Part shown: positions 23,561 to 35,850 of the stretch, piece after piece
Numbering within the stretch: the first letter of the stretch is position 1
How the letters are laid out: each line of letters starts with the position of its first letter
From: Octopus sinensis
Lineage: Eukaryota
Direction: 5' to 3'
Length of the DNA: 64,000 nucleotides
Assembly (NCBI RefSeq): GCF_006345805.1
Contig: NC_043001.1
Span: 24,800,001-24,864,000, forward strand
The notes under the pieces: model-generated
Databases searched by the model: none
What the model was told of the DNA's origin: nothing
Seen by the model: only the letters and a program-made list of their open reading frames with translations
Position numbers and translations under genes: made by a program

Positions 23561-24772
23561 ACTGACTAACTCATTTTTCTAACAAATGAAAAATAGGAAC
23601 CATTGAATTGTTTTTCTTTTTATATACTCAAACATTTGTCTCTATTCTAGCAAAGATTATTAGTAATGAAAAGCTGAACACAGATCTTCGTTGATCGCTT
23701 AATATCTATTTTCTGCTCTCCTGATCTCATCCTCTATAATATGGCTGAGGGAAAGTACTGCAGTTTATGAATGTTAATTGATGTAGCAATGTCAACCCAC
23801 TATTAATTAATTTGAAATACTCTTTCAGCTGTCTACTTCATACCCGTAGAAATGCCTAGATAGCTGCATACATGTAACATTAATACCAGCAATATAGTTG
23901 CATGTGTTTTATAATGCTAATAACAAGATATTTGTACATGTTCTATATTGACAGCAAGATAGTCGTGTTACCATCAGTAGCACTTGGAACTGATATAGTT
24001 CCATAAGTTAGTTTAGCATTTCATCCTTCTAAGATCAATAAAATCATTATCAAACGTGTCTACATAATTATGGTATATCTCTAGTTGAAATTATCAACTC
24101 ATGCTATATTTCATGTAGAGGTCTCAGGTTATTCAGCTTGAATCTAACTAGAACAGTGTTTGAATGATACAGCTCTAATAAAATTCCTATCGGAATCATT
24201 GATAAACTCCAGTTCTATGAACCAAACACAGACTGAGATAAAACAGAAAATTCTTATCATTAGGAACTTGGTAATTCTGGTTTTACAAAAAGACAATTGA
24301 ATCAGCAAGTGTTGGCATTTATCTTGTCAACATCAGAATGAAAACAAATGGAATAAACTCTAGAGTAGACCTGAGCTGTGAATAAATTTTCAGAATAGGT
24401 AGTAGGTGTTAATAAAAGCTTTATCATGTTGAGAAAATACGTAAAAAATATTTTGACGATTTTTGACAAAACTGAAATATATATTGTGTGTTCATGTGTG
24501 TGTAATTTAGAAAAGCCTAATCATTAATCTAGGAATTAGAATTCAAAAGAATGCTTTCTATTGGATGTATTCATAATTTTCTTACAAAATGCAGTTTTAT
24601 TTCAGTTATTGCCAACAGGTGTCTTCATAGACCGTTTTATTTTCTCAATCTGTGTGTTACCAACAGATGTTTATTTAGAGAAGTTTAAACCCTGAGGAAG
24701 GTTTGTTTATAACCAGGATGAAAACTGCATTTTATAGGAAAATTATGAATAAATCCTTTCTGTGTGTACATT

Positions 24773-24818
<46 letters not shown>

Positions 24819-25059
24819 ATACATTTTCTCTTTCATTTATTGTCTGATTTTCTATGCTACTAAGCTTTGGAAGGGAACTGGTTTAGAAATAGAAATTTAT
24901 GGCCAGATGGTCTTCTTCTTGCCAACTCCCACCTGTTTTTCAAGTATGGGATTTTTCATTTGATAACCTCAATAATAAAATATAAAAATCACTACTGATT
25001 GTGCTTAAATTGTGACAGTCAAAGTATCAACATCCACGTACATCAACACACATATGTAC

Positions 25060-25093
25060 ATACACACATACATATATGTGCATCATTATCATC

Positions 25094-25159
<66 letters not shown>

Positions 25160-25212
25160 ATGTATATGTGTGTGTGTGTATATATATATATATATGTATG
25201 TGTATGTATATA

Positions 25213-25243
<31 letters not shown>

Positions 25244-25267
25244 TATATATATGTATGTGTATGTATA

Positions 25268-25319
<52 letters not shown>

Positions 25320-25330
25320 AACATACATAG
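25060..25330. repeat. Compound (TA)n/(TG)n microsatellite with higher-order repeat
   Basis: The block tgtatgtgtatgtatatgtgtgtgtgtg(ta)n recurs three times at ~55-bp spacing. Confidence 0.9.
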
Positions 25331-25500
25331 TTGAAATTTACAGAAAAACAAAAGACAAAGACAGCTGTATAAAAACAACAAGCAGGTGTATTAGTTTGAT
25401 GCTTGGAAAGGTGAGAAAGTCTTTTATGTTTTGAGCCTATGCTCTTCAACAGAAATAGACACGAGGAAATAAACAGAGAGAGAATAAAAAACTTATGGAT
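25330..25500 (-). mobile_element. Penelope-associated-type short repeat with a degenerate hammerhead-like motif
   Basis: Minus strand CTGTTGA-A-GAGcataggCTC-AAA-ACAT-A-AAAGA; core positions are mutated. Confidence 0.4.
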
Positions 25501-25513
25501 TTAGCAGTCAATC

Positions 25514-25544
<31 letters not shown>

Positions 25545-25870
25545 GACACACACACACACACACCACACACACACACACACACACATATGAGTTAAGTTAG
25601 AGGTTATAACAACCATCTAAGGGATACTTGTATCCAATGAATTCACATATATTTAATCATGAGCATTGGTATTAATGCTCATAAATAATAGGTAAGGACA
25701 AGAATAAACTAAGGTTTATCAATACTCAAAGAAACCAGAAAAAGGAAATCAAATTGATGAATAACAATTGATTTCCATTAATTATCATTTTGTAATTAAT
25801 TGCAAAATGACAGAATCTCAACTTACAGCTGTTCCCGTTAGCATGATTCTTGGGCTTAACCACCACAATG

Positions 25871-25914
<44 letters not shown>

Positions 25915-26150
25915 CATTGTAAGTAATTAATTATACCAATATGAATCATGGAACTTCATCAGAGCAGAAAAGTAAATAAAATAAAAGTAAAAAGAAGAAG
26001 AAGGAGAAAGTGGGAACAGTGGTAATCAATTCATGCTACATGCTGACCCACTGGGAAACTTTTGACCAACTAGAATTTAGAAATAGAGTTGGGATAGTTA
26101 TAATATTTTGGTGGTATATTCCTAAATATGGGGGAAATGCATGGGTTAAA

Positions 26151-26525
26151 TCTATATATATAAAGCTGAAGTTGTCTGTGTATGGCAGGTTTGGTAGCCT
26201 TCAACTAACATTATCTCCTCCGAGACCCTGCGGTGCAAGTTGACCAAAATTGAGAGTATTATAGAAGAAGGCTTGCTCTTCCTTCCCTAGAAGAAAAAAT
26301 TCAAATCCGGTCATGTTAACACCAAAAATTATTTACATCAAAAAGGTGCTTTTTTTCTATGAAAATCCCTATTTTTTACGATTTTTTTTACTGCTGTGTC
26401 GCCATTTTTCCGTGTATTTCAACCAGAAAAATGTTCACTTAAAGAGAATAACAAGCTACATAAAGCAAAAATTCCAATTCTAAAGGGTCGAAACAAACCC
26501 GAGCAATGCCGGGCGATACTGCTAG
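26151..26525 (+). mobile_element. Non-autonomous Helitron
   Basis: Inserted at A|T; 5' TC; subterminal hairpin CCCGAGCAATGCCGGG; 3' CTAG. Second copy at 43550-43943. Confidence 0.85.
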
Positions 26526-27375
26526 TATATAATAACTATATGAGCAGGTCAACTATTTGATTAGGACAAAATGTAAAATAAAAAATAAGAAATAAAATTA
26601 GAAATGCCAGTAATTATAGAACTAAATAATAACATTTGACTATAATTTATTATTTATTGATTTCATATGCATTTTACTAATTATTGTAAGTAGGTAGTAT
26701 ACCTGAAACAACGCCAGGTCAGGAGTAGGACTGGTCTGGACAGCAAAAGGATACTATTGGTCAGTTAATTTTCAAAAACAAAAAGCTGGCCATCAAGAGA
26801 CTGTTAATCGCTGGAGCGAAAAGGTAAACAATGGATATATGCTGTAAGGGCCCTTATGTCGGTCTCTTATATCAGTGCATGTTAGAAGTGTATAATGTGG
26901 AATGGGACAGTTATTAAGTATTTGTGGTTAAGAGGCAGCAATTATTGATTTATCAAGTGATTTAAATGTTTATGTATGTATTTCTCTAGGGGTTAAGAAT
27001 GTATAACCAATGTTAAATTAAATTATGCAACATGCATAGAGGGGTGGGCTCTATCTCATCTATAATATTACACACCCCAATAAACTATGTTATACTATAT
27101 ATTTTTATATATATACACACACTCACGCACACACATATATGTATATATTTCTATATATTTTTTTTATATATGTGAGTGAAAATGACTAAATTGTTACAGT
27201 AAATATCAAAAGTAAAATAAAGTGGATTATAGAGTTTATCAGATAGAAGGGGGGCGTTAAGGGGACTAGGAGGGCGGTATGTATATCTGTGTATGTGTGT
27301 ATTTATCTTGTTACGCTTCTTTGCGCACAAATCAATTATTCATCAATTTGATCTCGATTTTCTGCTTTCCTCATA

Positions 27376-27408
<33 letters not shown>

Positions 27409-27412
27409 GTGT

Positions 27413-27815
27413 GCATAGGAGTGGCTGTGTGGTAAGTAGCTTGCTTACAAACCACATGGTTCCAGATTCAGTCCCACTGCATGGCACCTTGGGCAAGTGT
27501 CTTCTACTATAGCCTCGGGCTGACCAAAGCTTTGTGAATGGATTTGGTGGATGAAAACTGAAAGAAGCCCGTCGTATATATGTATATATATATGTATATG
27601 AATGTGTGTATATGTTTGTGTGTCTTTGTTTGTCCCTCCAACATCGCTTGACAACCAATGCTGGTGTGTTTATGTCCCCGTAACTTAGCGGTTCGGCAAA
27701 GAGACTGATAGAATAAGTACTAGGCTTACAAAGAATAAGTCCTGGGGTTGATTTGCTCAACTAAAGGCAGTGCCACAGTCAAATGACTGAAACAAGTAAA
27801 AGAGAAAGTAAAAGA

Positions 27816-27817
<2 letters not shown>
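27413..27817 (+). mobile_element. SINE family A
   Basis: Homologous to other A copies. Confidence 0.9.
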
Positions 27818-27863
<46 letters not shown>

Positions 27864-28034
27864 ACATTATTTTAATAACTGACGAGATGTCAGAGCAGTT
27901 TTCTGCCCTGACATCTGAAACTTGGAGTCTTATTATGGCAACTGAATGATTGTCACATATTATATTACAGCTAAATTCCTCTATTTACATAATATCAAGG
28001 TTTGATTCTTTCTTTTGTTGTCCTACTATTACTA

Positions 28035-28087
<53 letters not shown>

Positions 28088-28091
<4 letters not shown>

Positions 28092-28415
28092 ATAAATGTT
28101 TTATACATAAAGAACGTGAAATACAGGAAGGGACAAACACGGAACACAGACAAATCATTTGAAGCCTTCAATCTTCAGTCAGACACCGAATCATCATAGC
28201 AAATTTCGGCTGTTCAATTCTGATATTTGCTCCAACTCGGCCAGCCCCAAGAAAAAAACTAAGCTGTAAGCATTAGATTTCTTGGTAGAAGACAGGAATG
28301 TGAACGCACGAGACGGATGTAAATACGAGAGACGAAAACGAAATTGAAAACGGTAACGGTTAAACAAAATATAATATAACGGTGGTTGTCATACGACTTT
28401 AGACCAAATGAGACA
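28088..28415 (-). mobile_element. (TA)n-flanked non-coding repeat, possibly Penelope-related; duplicated at 29105-29432, diverged relative at 34215-34656
   Basis: Shares cagccgaaat(t)tgcta.gatgat...ctga.ga.tga.ggcttc with the 34.5-kb element. Confidence 0.65.
28164..28231 (-). ncRNA. Candidate permuted (pseudoknotted) hammerhead ribozyme
   Basis: Minus strand AGCAAAT-A-TCAGA-attgaac-AGCC-GAA-ATTTGCT-14 nt-TCTGA-CTGAAGA-ttgaa-GGCT: 7-bp stem III, 5-bp stem I, AUA cleavage triplet. Confidence 0.55.
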
Positions 28416-29005
28416 AATATATATATATATGCATACATATATATGTTTATGTCTTAATATATGTAGATAAATGATAGAAAATGGGTTGAACAACATTATT
28501 CATTTAAAATCACTACAAATGTATTAATGCATTTTTACACAGCTAGTGCATTGGTGAGGTGTTGTGTAATCTATCATACATTAACAGTGTAAAATTCACT
28601 TTCTCAGGCGATTGTTTAAATAAATCCTTCATTAGATCCTCTCATCATTTCACTCATGCTTGTATGGGAGAGATTAAATTTGTTGCAGCAGGAGCTTTTC
28701 TATTGTATGATGACATCAGGTAGCCGATAAATGTAGACAAGCTTTGCATAACATTCTACAAGGATTTTACCCAAATCTTAGTTAACTGTGTGTATGTATG
28801 TGTGTTGATAATATATATGTATGTACATATGTGTGTGACTGTTGATAAAGTTGACAAATAAGTATAGACATATTCACACACACACACACAGAGATCTATG
28901 TAAGTAAGTTTAGTGGGTTATACCTTCATACACATGTATACAAGCATATTTATATTTTTTGCATAACTGCATAAATATATATATACACACACACACACAT
29001 ATATA

Positions 29006-29050
<45 letters not shown>

Positions 29051-29056
29051 TATATA

Positions 29057-29108
<52 letters not shown>

Positions 29109-29180
29109 ATAAATGTTTTATACATAAAGAACGTGAAATACAGGAAGGGACAAACACGGAACACAGACAAATCATTTGAA

Positions 29181-29248
29181 GCCTTCAATCTTCAGTCAGA
29201 CACCGAATCATCATAGCAAATTTCGGCTGTTCAATTCTGATATTTGCT
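29181..29248 (-). ncRNA. Candidate permuted hammerhead ribozyme, duplicate copy
   Basis: Identical to 28164-28231, offset by 1017 bp. Confidence 0.55.
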
Positions 29249-30016
29249 CCAACTCGGCCAGCCCCAAGAAAAAAACTAAGCTGTAAGCATTAGATTTCTT
29301 GGTAGAAGACAGGAATGTGAACGCACGAGACGGATGTAAATACGAGAGACGAAAACGAAATTGAAAACGGTAACGGTTAAACAAAATATAATATAACGGT
29401 GGTTGTCATACGACTTTAGACCAAATGAGACAAATATATATATATGCATACATATATATGTTTATGTCTTAATATATGTAGATAAATGATAGAAAATGGG
29501 TTGAACAACATTATTCATTTAAAATCACTACAAATGTATTAATGCATTTTTACACAGCTAGTGCATTGGTGAGGTGTTGTGTAATCTATCATACATTAAC
29601 AGTGTAAAATTCACTTTCTCAGGCGATTGTTTAAATAAATCCTTCATTAGATCCTCTCATCATTTCACTCATGCTTGTATGGGAGAGATTAAATTTGTTG
29701 CAGCAGGAGCTTTTCTATTGTATGATGACATCAGGTAGCCGATAAATGTAGACAAGCTTTGCATAACATTCTACAAGGATTTTACCCAAATCTTAGTTAA
29801 CTGTGTGTATGTATGTGTGTTGATAATATATATGTATGTACATATGTGTGTGACTGTTGATAAAGTTGACAAATAAGTATAGACATATTCACACACACAC
29901 ACACACACAGAGATCTATGTAAGTAAGTTTAGTGGGTTATACCTTCATACACATGTATACAAGCATATTTATATTTTTTGCATAACTGCATAAATATATA
30001 TACACACACACACACA

Positions 30017-30069
<53 letters not shown>

Positions 30070-30834
30070 TGTATATATATATATATATATAATATATATA
30101 TATATATACACACACACACATATATATATATACATATATATATATACACACACACACACACACCATATATATATATATATAAACACACATATATATATAT
30201 ATAGATAGATAGATAGATATAGATATATAAATATTCTTTAGCAGCTAAAACAAAATTGATATTTGTAAGAGAATTATGAATAATAATGTATGTGCATGTA
30301 TATATGCGTATGTGTGTATGTACACACACACACACACATGAATGTAAGTATATGTAAATTGTATCTGTCTACCTTCAAAACAAGAACCGTTTACTAAATT
30401 ATGCACTGAACTTCTTACATAAAATTTGCATTTTTACAATGAACTAGAAATCATTTGCATTTACATTTTATATTACATAAAATTTACATTTTATATTTCA
30501 TAATTAATGTATATAACTTTAGTTCAGCCACCGCTTTGCCTACCTAGACAGCACGTTTCTGCTCTTGAGGCACTGAACTCAAAAACAGATATAAAAATTT
30601 AAACAACTGTATTTTTATTTTACAGTGTTAGCAAAAAAAGCAACAAAGTGTTTTTAGAGTGTTGATGCAACAGATGCCTTGTATTTTAGGATCCCAATTA
30701 AGTAGGTGTGAATATTTTAGTATGTCAAACATGAAAGTAGTTTTTTTTTTTTTTTTTTTTTTTTTACAGAGTTCACAACTTGACTGGTTTAAATATAGCT
30801 AGAATGGATGTGTAGGTTTAGTTAGTAACTGAGC

Positions 30835-31042
30835 TTAACCTTTTAGCATTCAGATTACTCTGTCAAATGTAATGTTTGTTCATTTACATTGTTTTGAATT
30901 CCTCATGCATTATCTCACAGCTTTAAAATTTTGATTATGTGATATTTTTTAGAATGACATCATAGGGTAGGTGTAAGAGGCTGGATCTGGCTGGGTTGAA
31001 CATAAACCAGGTAGAATATTTGGGCCAGATATGGCCAGTTTA
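30835..31042 (+). mobile_element. piggyBac-like MITE, 3'-truncated
   Basis: Starts TTAA|CCTTTTAGC; no matching right TIR seen. Confidence 0.45.
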
Positions 31043-31077
31043 ACTGGCCATTACCTGATATTACTGATAGTATTATT

Positions 31078-31255
31078 CTGTTGTGTCTGGGGAGAGTCAT
31101 TTTCTTTTTGTGCCTTATAATGTAACACACTCACCGGTAAAATTTCCACTTATTTCTTATTTTTATTTTCCTAAAATTTTCATTGTGTCTTGCAACCTTT
31201 TCAATAGTCTTGACTCCGTCTGTTATTTACACTGCGTTCCTTTTTGTTTGTTTGT
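31078..31255. repeat. Single arm of the 14.1-kb fold-back element
   Basis: Direct similarity to 14102-14280. Confidence 0.85.
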
Positions 31256-31264
31256 GCACATGTG

Positions 31265-31620
31265 TGTGGGTCAGTGTGCATATGCATGCTTATGCATGCA
31301 TGCATGTATGTGTGTATGTATGTATGTATGTATGTATGTATGTATGTGTATGTATACATGTGTATGTATGCATATGTATATATGTATGTGTGTACATCTG
31401 TATGTATGTATTCTGCATATTCATGTGCTTGCATGTCCGTGTTTGTGTATTTTTTATGTATGTGTGTGTATGAGTGTGTGTTTGTATATGCATGCACCTC
31501 TGTCTCCTTGTGTGTGTGTATGTGTGTTTTGCAACTATGTACCATGTATGCATGGATGTGCATCTCTATATGTGTGGACACATGTCTCCATATGTGTCCT
31601 TGTGTGGAGTAAAGTGTGTA
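31265..31620. repeat. Degenerate (ATGT/ATGC/GT)n microsatellite field
   Basis: Explains the C/M/V/Y-rich ORFs 31083-31883 and others. Confidence 0.9.
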
Positions 31621-32154
31621 TGTATATATGGCCATGTGTTTCAGTTTCCATTTCATTTGCGTATGTGTGCTTGTCTGTTCATATAACCTATGAACCTATC
31701 CGTCTGTATGTTGATCTGTTTTTTTTCATATCCATTGCTATTTTCCTCATACTTTTTACATTTACTTATTGTTTTTTTAAAGCCACAAGTGTGGCTGTGT
31801 GGTTGAGAAGTCTGCTACTCAACCATATGGTCTCAGCCTCAGTTCTGCTGCACAGCACCTTCAGCAAGTGTCTTTTATTATAACCCTCAAGCTGACCAAA
31901 GCCTTTATGCATGGATTTGGTAGACAAAAACTAGAAGAAGCCAGCCATACACCAACACACACACACACATGCACACATGCTTTATAGCTTTTATCTTTTA
32001 CTTGTTTCAGTCATTAGACTACAGCCATACCAGAGTGTCACCTTGAAAAAGCTTTTTAGTTGAATGAATTGACTCCAGTACTTATACTTTTTTTAAGCCT
32101 GGTAGTTATTCTATCATTCTTATTTTGTCAGACTGCTAGTTACAGAAAATATGC

Positions 32155-32490
32155 GAAGGCACATGGCTCAGTGGTTAGAGCGTCGAGCTTACGATTGTGA
32201 GGTTGTGAGCTCGAATCCCAGACCGGGCTGCATGTTGTATTCTTGAGCAAGACACTTTATTTCACATTGCTCCAGTCCACTCAGCTGTAGAAATGAGTTG
32301 CGACGTCACAGGTGCCAAGCTGTATCGGCTATTGCCTTTCCCTTGGATAATACTGGTGGTGTGGAGAGGGGAGGCCGGTATGCATGGGCGACTGCTGGTC
32401 TTCCATAAACAACCTTGCCCGGACTTGTGCCTGGGAGGGTAACTTTCTAGGTGCAATCCCATGGTCAGTGTCATGACCGAAGGGGGTTCC
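32155..32490 (+). mobile_element. SINE family E
   Basis: tRNA-like head GGCACATGGCTCAGTGG...GCTCGAATCC; central TTGAGCAAGACACTTTATTTCAC; homolog at 62519-62851. Confidence 0.88.
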
Positions 32491-32879
32491 AAGGCCCCAA
32501 GTTACACAAATGTAAATACACCAGGTCAAGCACAGATTCAAAGACACACACACATGTAGATAACCATATATATATATATATATATATATATTTATGAGGT
32601 GGGTTTCTCTCAGTTCTGTCTACCATGTTCACTTACAAGGCTTTGGTTGGCCCGAAGCTATAGTAGAAGACATGTACCCATGGTGTTATGCAGTGGGACT
32701 GAACCCAGAACCATGTAGTTATGAAGCAAACTTATTCCATACAACCATGCTTACAACTATATATGTACACATATGTATATGTGTGTACTCTTGTCTTGAC
32801 ATCACACAAATCATATAACGATTGTAAATGAATATCACCATCATATAAGTGATAATCATTCTAGTCTTCTGTGAAAAAC

Positions 32880-33030
32880 ATTTCTGGCCATGGGGGGAAA
32901 TATTACCTTGCTTGGACACAGGTGAGGGTTGGTAACAGGAAGGTCATCTGGCCCAAGATAGTCTACTTCAACAAATTCCATCCCTCCCATGTAAGCATGG
33001 AAATGTAGACATTAAAATGATGAAGATGTC
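32880..33030 (+). mobile_element. Diverged RTE-tailed SINE fragment
   Basis: ggtgagggttggtaacaggaaggtcatc...cccatgtaagcatggaaa...atgatg. Confidence 0.55.
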
Positions 33031-33092
33031 GATGTAAACAATGGTGATGTTATTTATTCTGTTCCTTTTATTCATTTCATTTTTAATTTCAG

Positions 33093-33162
33093 TCAAAGAA
33101 AGGCAGTTTAATCAAGAGAAAGGATTCTAAAGAGGTTCCAGACACTGAAGGTCCTGAAGAGA
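33093..33162 (+). CDS. Candidate internal exon of an unidentified host gene (SKKGSLIKRKDSKEVPDTEGPEE)
   Basis: Strong acceptor ttcatttttaatttcag and donor A|gtaagt; open 70-nt purine-rich frame; unique non-repeat sequence. No recognisable domain. Confidence 0.45.
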
Positions 33163-33307
33163 GTAAGTGAAACATTTAATGTATCATTGTCTTTTGAGCT
33201 GGTGTGTTTGTAAAATTCACCTATCTGTCATTTTAACTGACTTAAACTTTCTGATTAAATCAGTATATGAAATATAAAAAAAGAAAATTTTAAACCCAAT
33301 ACAGTAT

Positions 33308-33473
33308 AGGCGCAGGAGTGGCTGTGTGGTAAGTAGCTTGTTTACCAACCACATGGTTCCGGGTTCAGTCCCACTGCATGGCACCTTGGGCAAGTGTCTT
33401 CTACTATAGCCTCGGGCTGACCAAAGCCTTGTGAGTGGATTTGGTAGATGGAAACTGAAAGAAGCCCGTCGTA

Positions 33474-33520
<47 letters not shown>

Positions 33521-33920
33521 GCGCAGGTGTGGCTGTGTGGTAAGTAATTTGTTTACCAACCACATGGTTCCGGGTTCAGTCCCACTGTGTGGCACCTTGG
33601 GCAAGTGTCTTCTACTATAGCCTCGGGCCGACCAAAGCCTTGTGAGTGGATTTGGTAGACGGAAACTGAAAGAAGCCCATTGTATATATGCAAATATATA
33701 TATATGTGTGTGTGTGTGCGTGTATGTTTGTCCCCCTAGCATTGCTTGACAACCGATGCTGGTGTGTTTATGTCCCTGTAACTTAGCAGTTCAGCAAAAG
33801 AGACCGATAGAATAAGTACTAGGCTTACAAAGAATAAGTCCCGGGGTCGAGTTGCTCGATTAAAGGCAGTGCTCCAGCATGGCTGCAGTCAAATGACTGA
33901 AACAAATAAAAGAGAAAGAG
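33308..33920 (+). mobile_element. SINE A left half plus (TA)n plus a full SINE A
   Basis: The head GGCGCAGG(A/T)GTGGCTG occurs at ~33309 and again at ~33520. Confidence 0.88.
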
Positions 33921-34214
33921 GAAGAGATACTAATATTTATATGTGACTAAATTTAAACTTAAACTTAAAACGCAAAATTAAAAAGAAACAACAATTTCAC
34001 ATACTATGTGTTGTTACAGGCATACTATTTGTTGCTAATAGTTCCCTGAACTTTCTTCATTCTCACTGTCAGAAAACTAATTTCAAAATGCTGAAATGAA
34101 GATAATAAAGAGCCATGATGATTGGCAACATGTGATGTTGAAAAAGACCTGCCACCCATGCAGGCACTGTGAAATGAGCATTTAAATGTTGCTAATGATT
34201 CTGAGTGGAATGTG

Positions 34215-34651
34215 TACATGTGTGTCTATGCATATACATATATATATAAACTTCACAAGCCAGCCCCATACTCAACTCGTCCTGTTGAAAGACCCTTGTC
34301 CTACGTCCTGGTTTCTTTTTTTTTTTTATTTTTACCGTTATTGTTTTTACGTTTTTGTATTCTTATTGGTGTCACGTATTCTGTATTTTTGTTCGTGTAC
34401 TTTGTTCGTTTTCCGTCCTCGTGTTGTATACATTCGAAGCTTTCTTCCAGGGGATCTAATGCGCTTGGCTTAGATTTCCCTTGGCGGTCTGCCCATATCG
34501 GAGCAATCTCAAGATTAATCAGCCGAAATTGCTAAGATGATCTGGTTCTTGACTGATGACTGAGGGCTTCGAATGTCCCGTCCTGTGGTTCTTGTGTCGT
34601 CTCTGTGGTGTTTCATGTTCTTGTCCATGTCTGTAATTATTTTTACTGTTT

Positions 34652-34656
<5 letters not shown>
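34215..34656 (+). mobile_element. (TA)n-flanked non-coding repeat related to 28088-28415
   Basis: T-rich body, shared structured core, TA tracts at both ends. Confidence 0.65.
34502..34568 (+). ncRNA. Candidate permuted (pseudoknotted) hammerhead ribozyme
   Basis: AGCAAT-C-TCAAGA-ttaatc-AGCC-GAA-ATTGCT-13 nt-TCTTGA-CTGATGA-ctgag-GGCT: 6-bp stem III, 6-bp stem I, AUC triplet, intact CUGAUGA and GAAA boxes. Confidence 0.6.
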
Positions 34657-34734
<78 letters not shown>

Positions 34735-34759
34735 AATATATATATATATATATATATAA

Positions 34760-34922
34760 AGGCGCAGGAGTGGCTGTGTGGTAAGTAGCTTGCTTACCAG
34801 CTACATGGTTCCGGGTTCATTCCCAATGTTTGGCACCTTGGGCAAGTGTCTTCTACTCTAGCCTCAGGCCGACCAAAGCCTTGTGAGTGGATTTGGTAGA
34901 CGGAAACTGAAAGAAGCCCGTA

Positions 34923-34962
<40 letters not shown>

Positions 34963-35170
34963 ATATGTTTGTGTGTCTTTCTTTATCCCCCAACATCGCT
35001 TGACAACCGATGGTGGTGTGTTTACGTCCCCATAACTTAGTGGTTCGGCAAAAAAGAGACCAATAGAATAAGTACTAGGCTTACAAAGAACAAGTCTTGG
35101 GGTTGATTTGCTCGACTAAAGGCAGTGCTCCAGCATGGCCACAGTCAAATGACTGAAACAAGTAATAGAG
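34760..35170 (+). mobile_element. SINE family A
   Basis: Homologous to other A copies. Confidence 0.9.
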
Positions 35171-35171
35171 T

Positions 35172-35202
<31 letters not shown>

Positions 35203-35632
35203 GAATAAAAGGTAAGCGGAGTTAGCGGTTGGAATAACTGTCTAAGGGATAAGAATATCTGTTCTTGTTACCAGTATCATTTACCTATGTTAACCCAGGT
35301 AATAGCGATAAAAAAAAGTTTATCAGGAATCAAATTTAAATAAGCAGAAACTGGAGAAAACTTTTGACCAACAAAGAAAGAAAGCGACCAACATCGGTTA
35401 ATTATTTTTTAATACAAAACATAAAATAACATAAAAATAATTAACCAATATTGGTCAGTTTGTTTGTTTGTGGATCTAGTTCCATTTTTTGTTTTCTTTT
35501 ATATATATGTATGTATATATAAATGAATGTGAAACCATTGGTCACTCTATGACCAGACACATATTTAATTGCATATAAATACATTACTGCTTTATCCTTG
35601 AGAGTGTGCTTATTTTTTGCACCAACCGATCA

Positions 35633-35850
35633 TAGCCGTTGCCAGCCTCCTCTGGCCCCATGTGCTGGTGGCACGTAAAAAGCACCCACTACATTAATGG
35701 AGTGGTTGGCGTTAGGAAGGGCATCCAGCTGTAGAAACACTGCCAGATCAGACTGGAGCCTGGTGCAGCCTCCTGGCTTCCCAGACCCCGGTTGAACCAT
35801 CCAACCCATATCAGCATGGAAAATGGATGTTAATCGATGATGATGATGGT
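35633..35850 (+). mobile_element. RTE-tailed SINE family M
   Basis: GGAAGGGCATCCAGCTGTAG core and (GAT)n tail. Confidence 0.85.

Larger units (their letters stand above)
28078..30000. repeat. Near-identical ~1017-bp tandem duplication bounded by TA/CA microsatellites
   Basis: gataaatgtttt begins at 28091 and 29108; visible differences are confined to microsatellite lengths. Confidence 0.92.

Noticed and set aside
25425-25465. Active hammerhead ribozyme
   Set aside because: A6 and G12 equivalents and stem I/III pairs are mutated in this copy; kept only as a degenerate relic.
31083-31883. 266-aa ORF
   Set aside because: Concatenation of a repeat arm, microsatellite and SINE; no coding signature.
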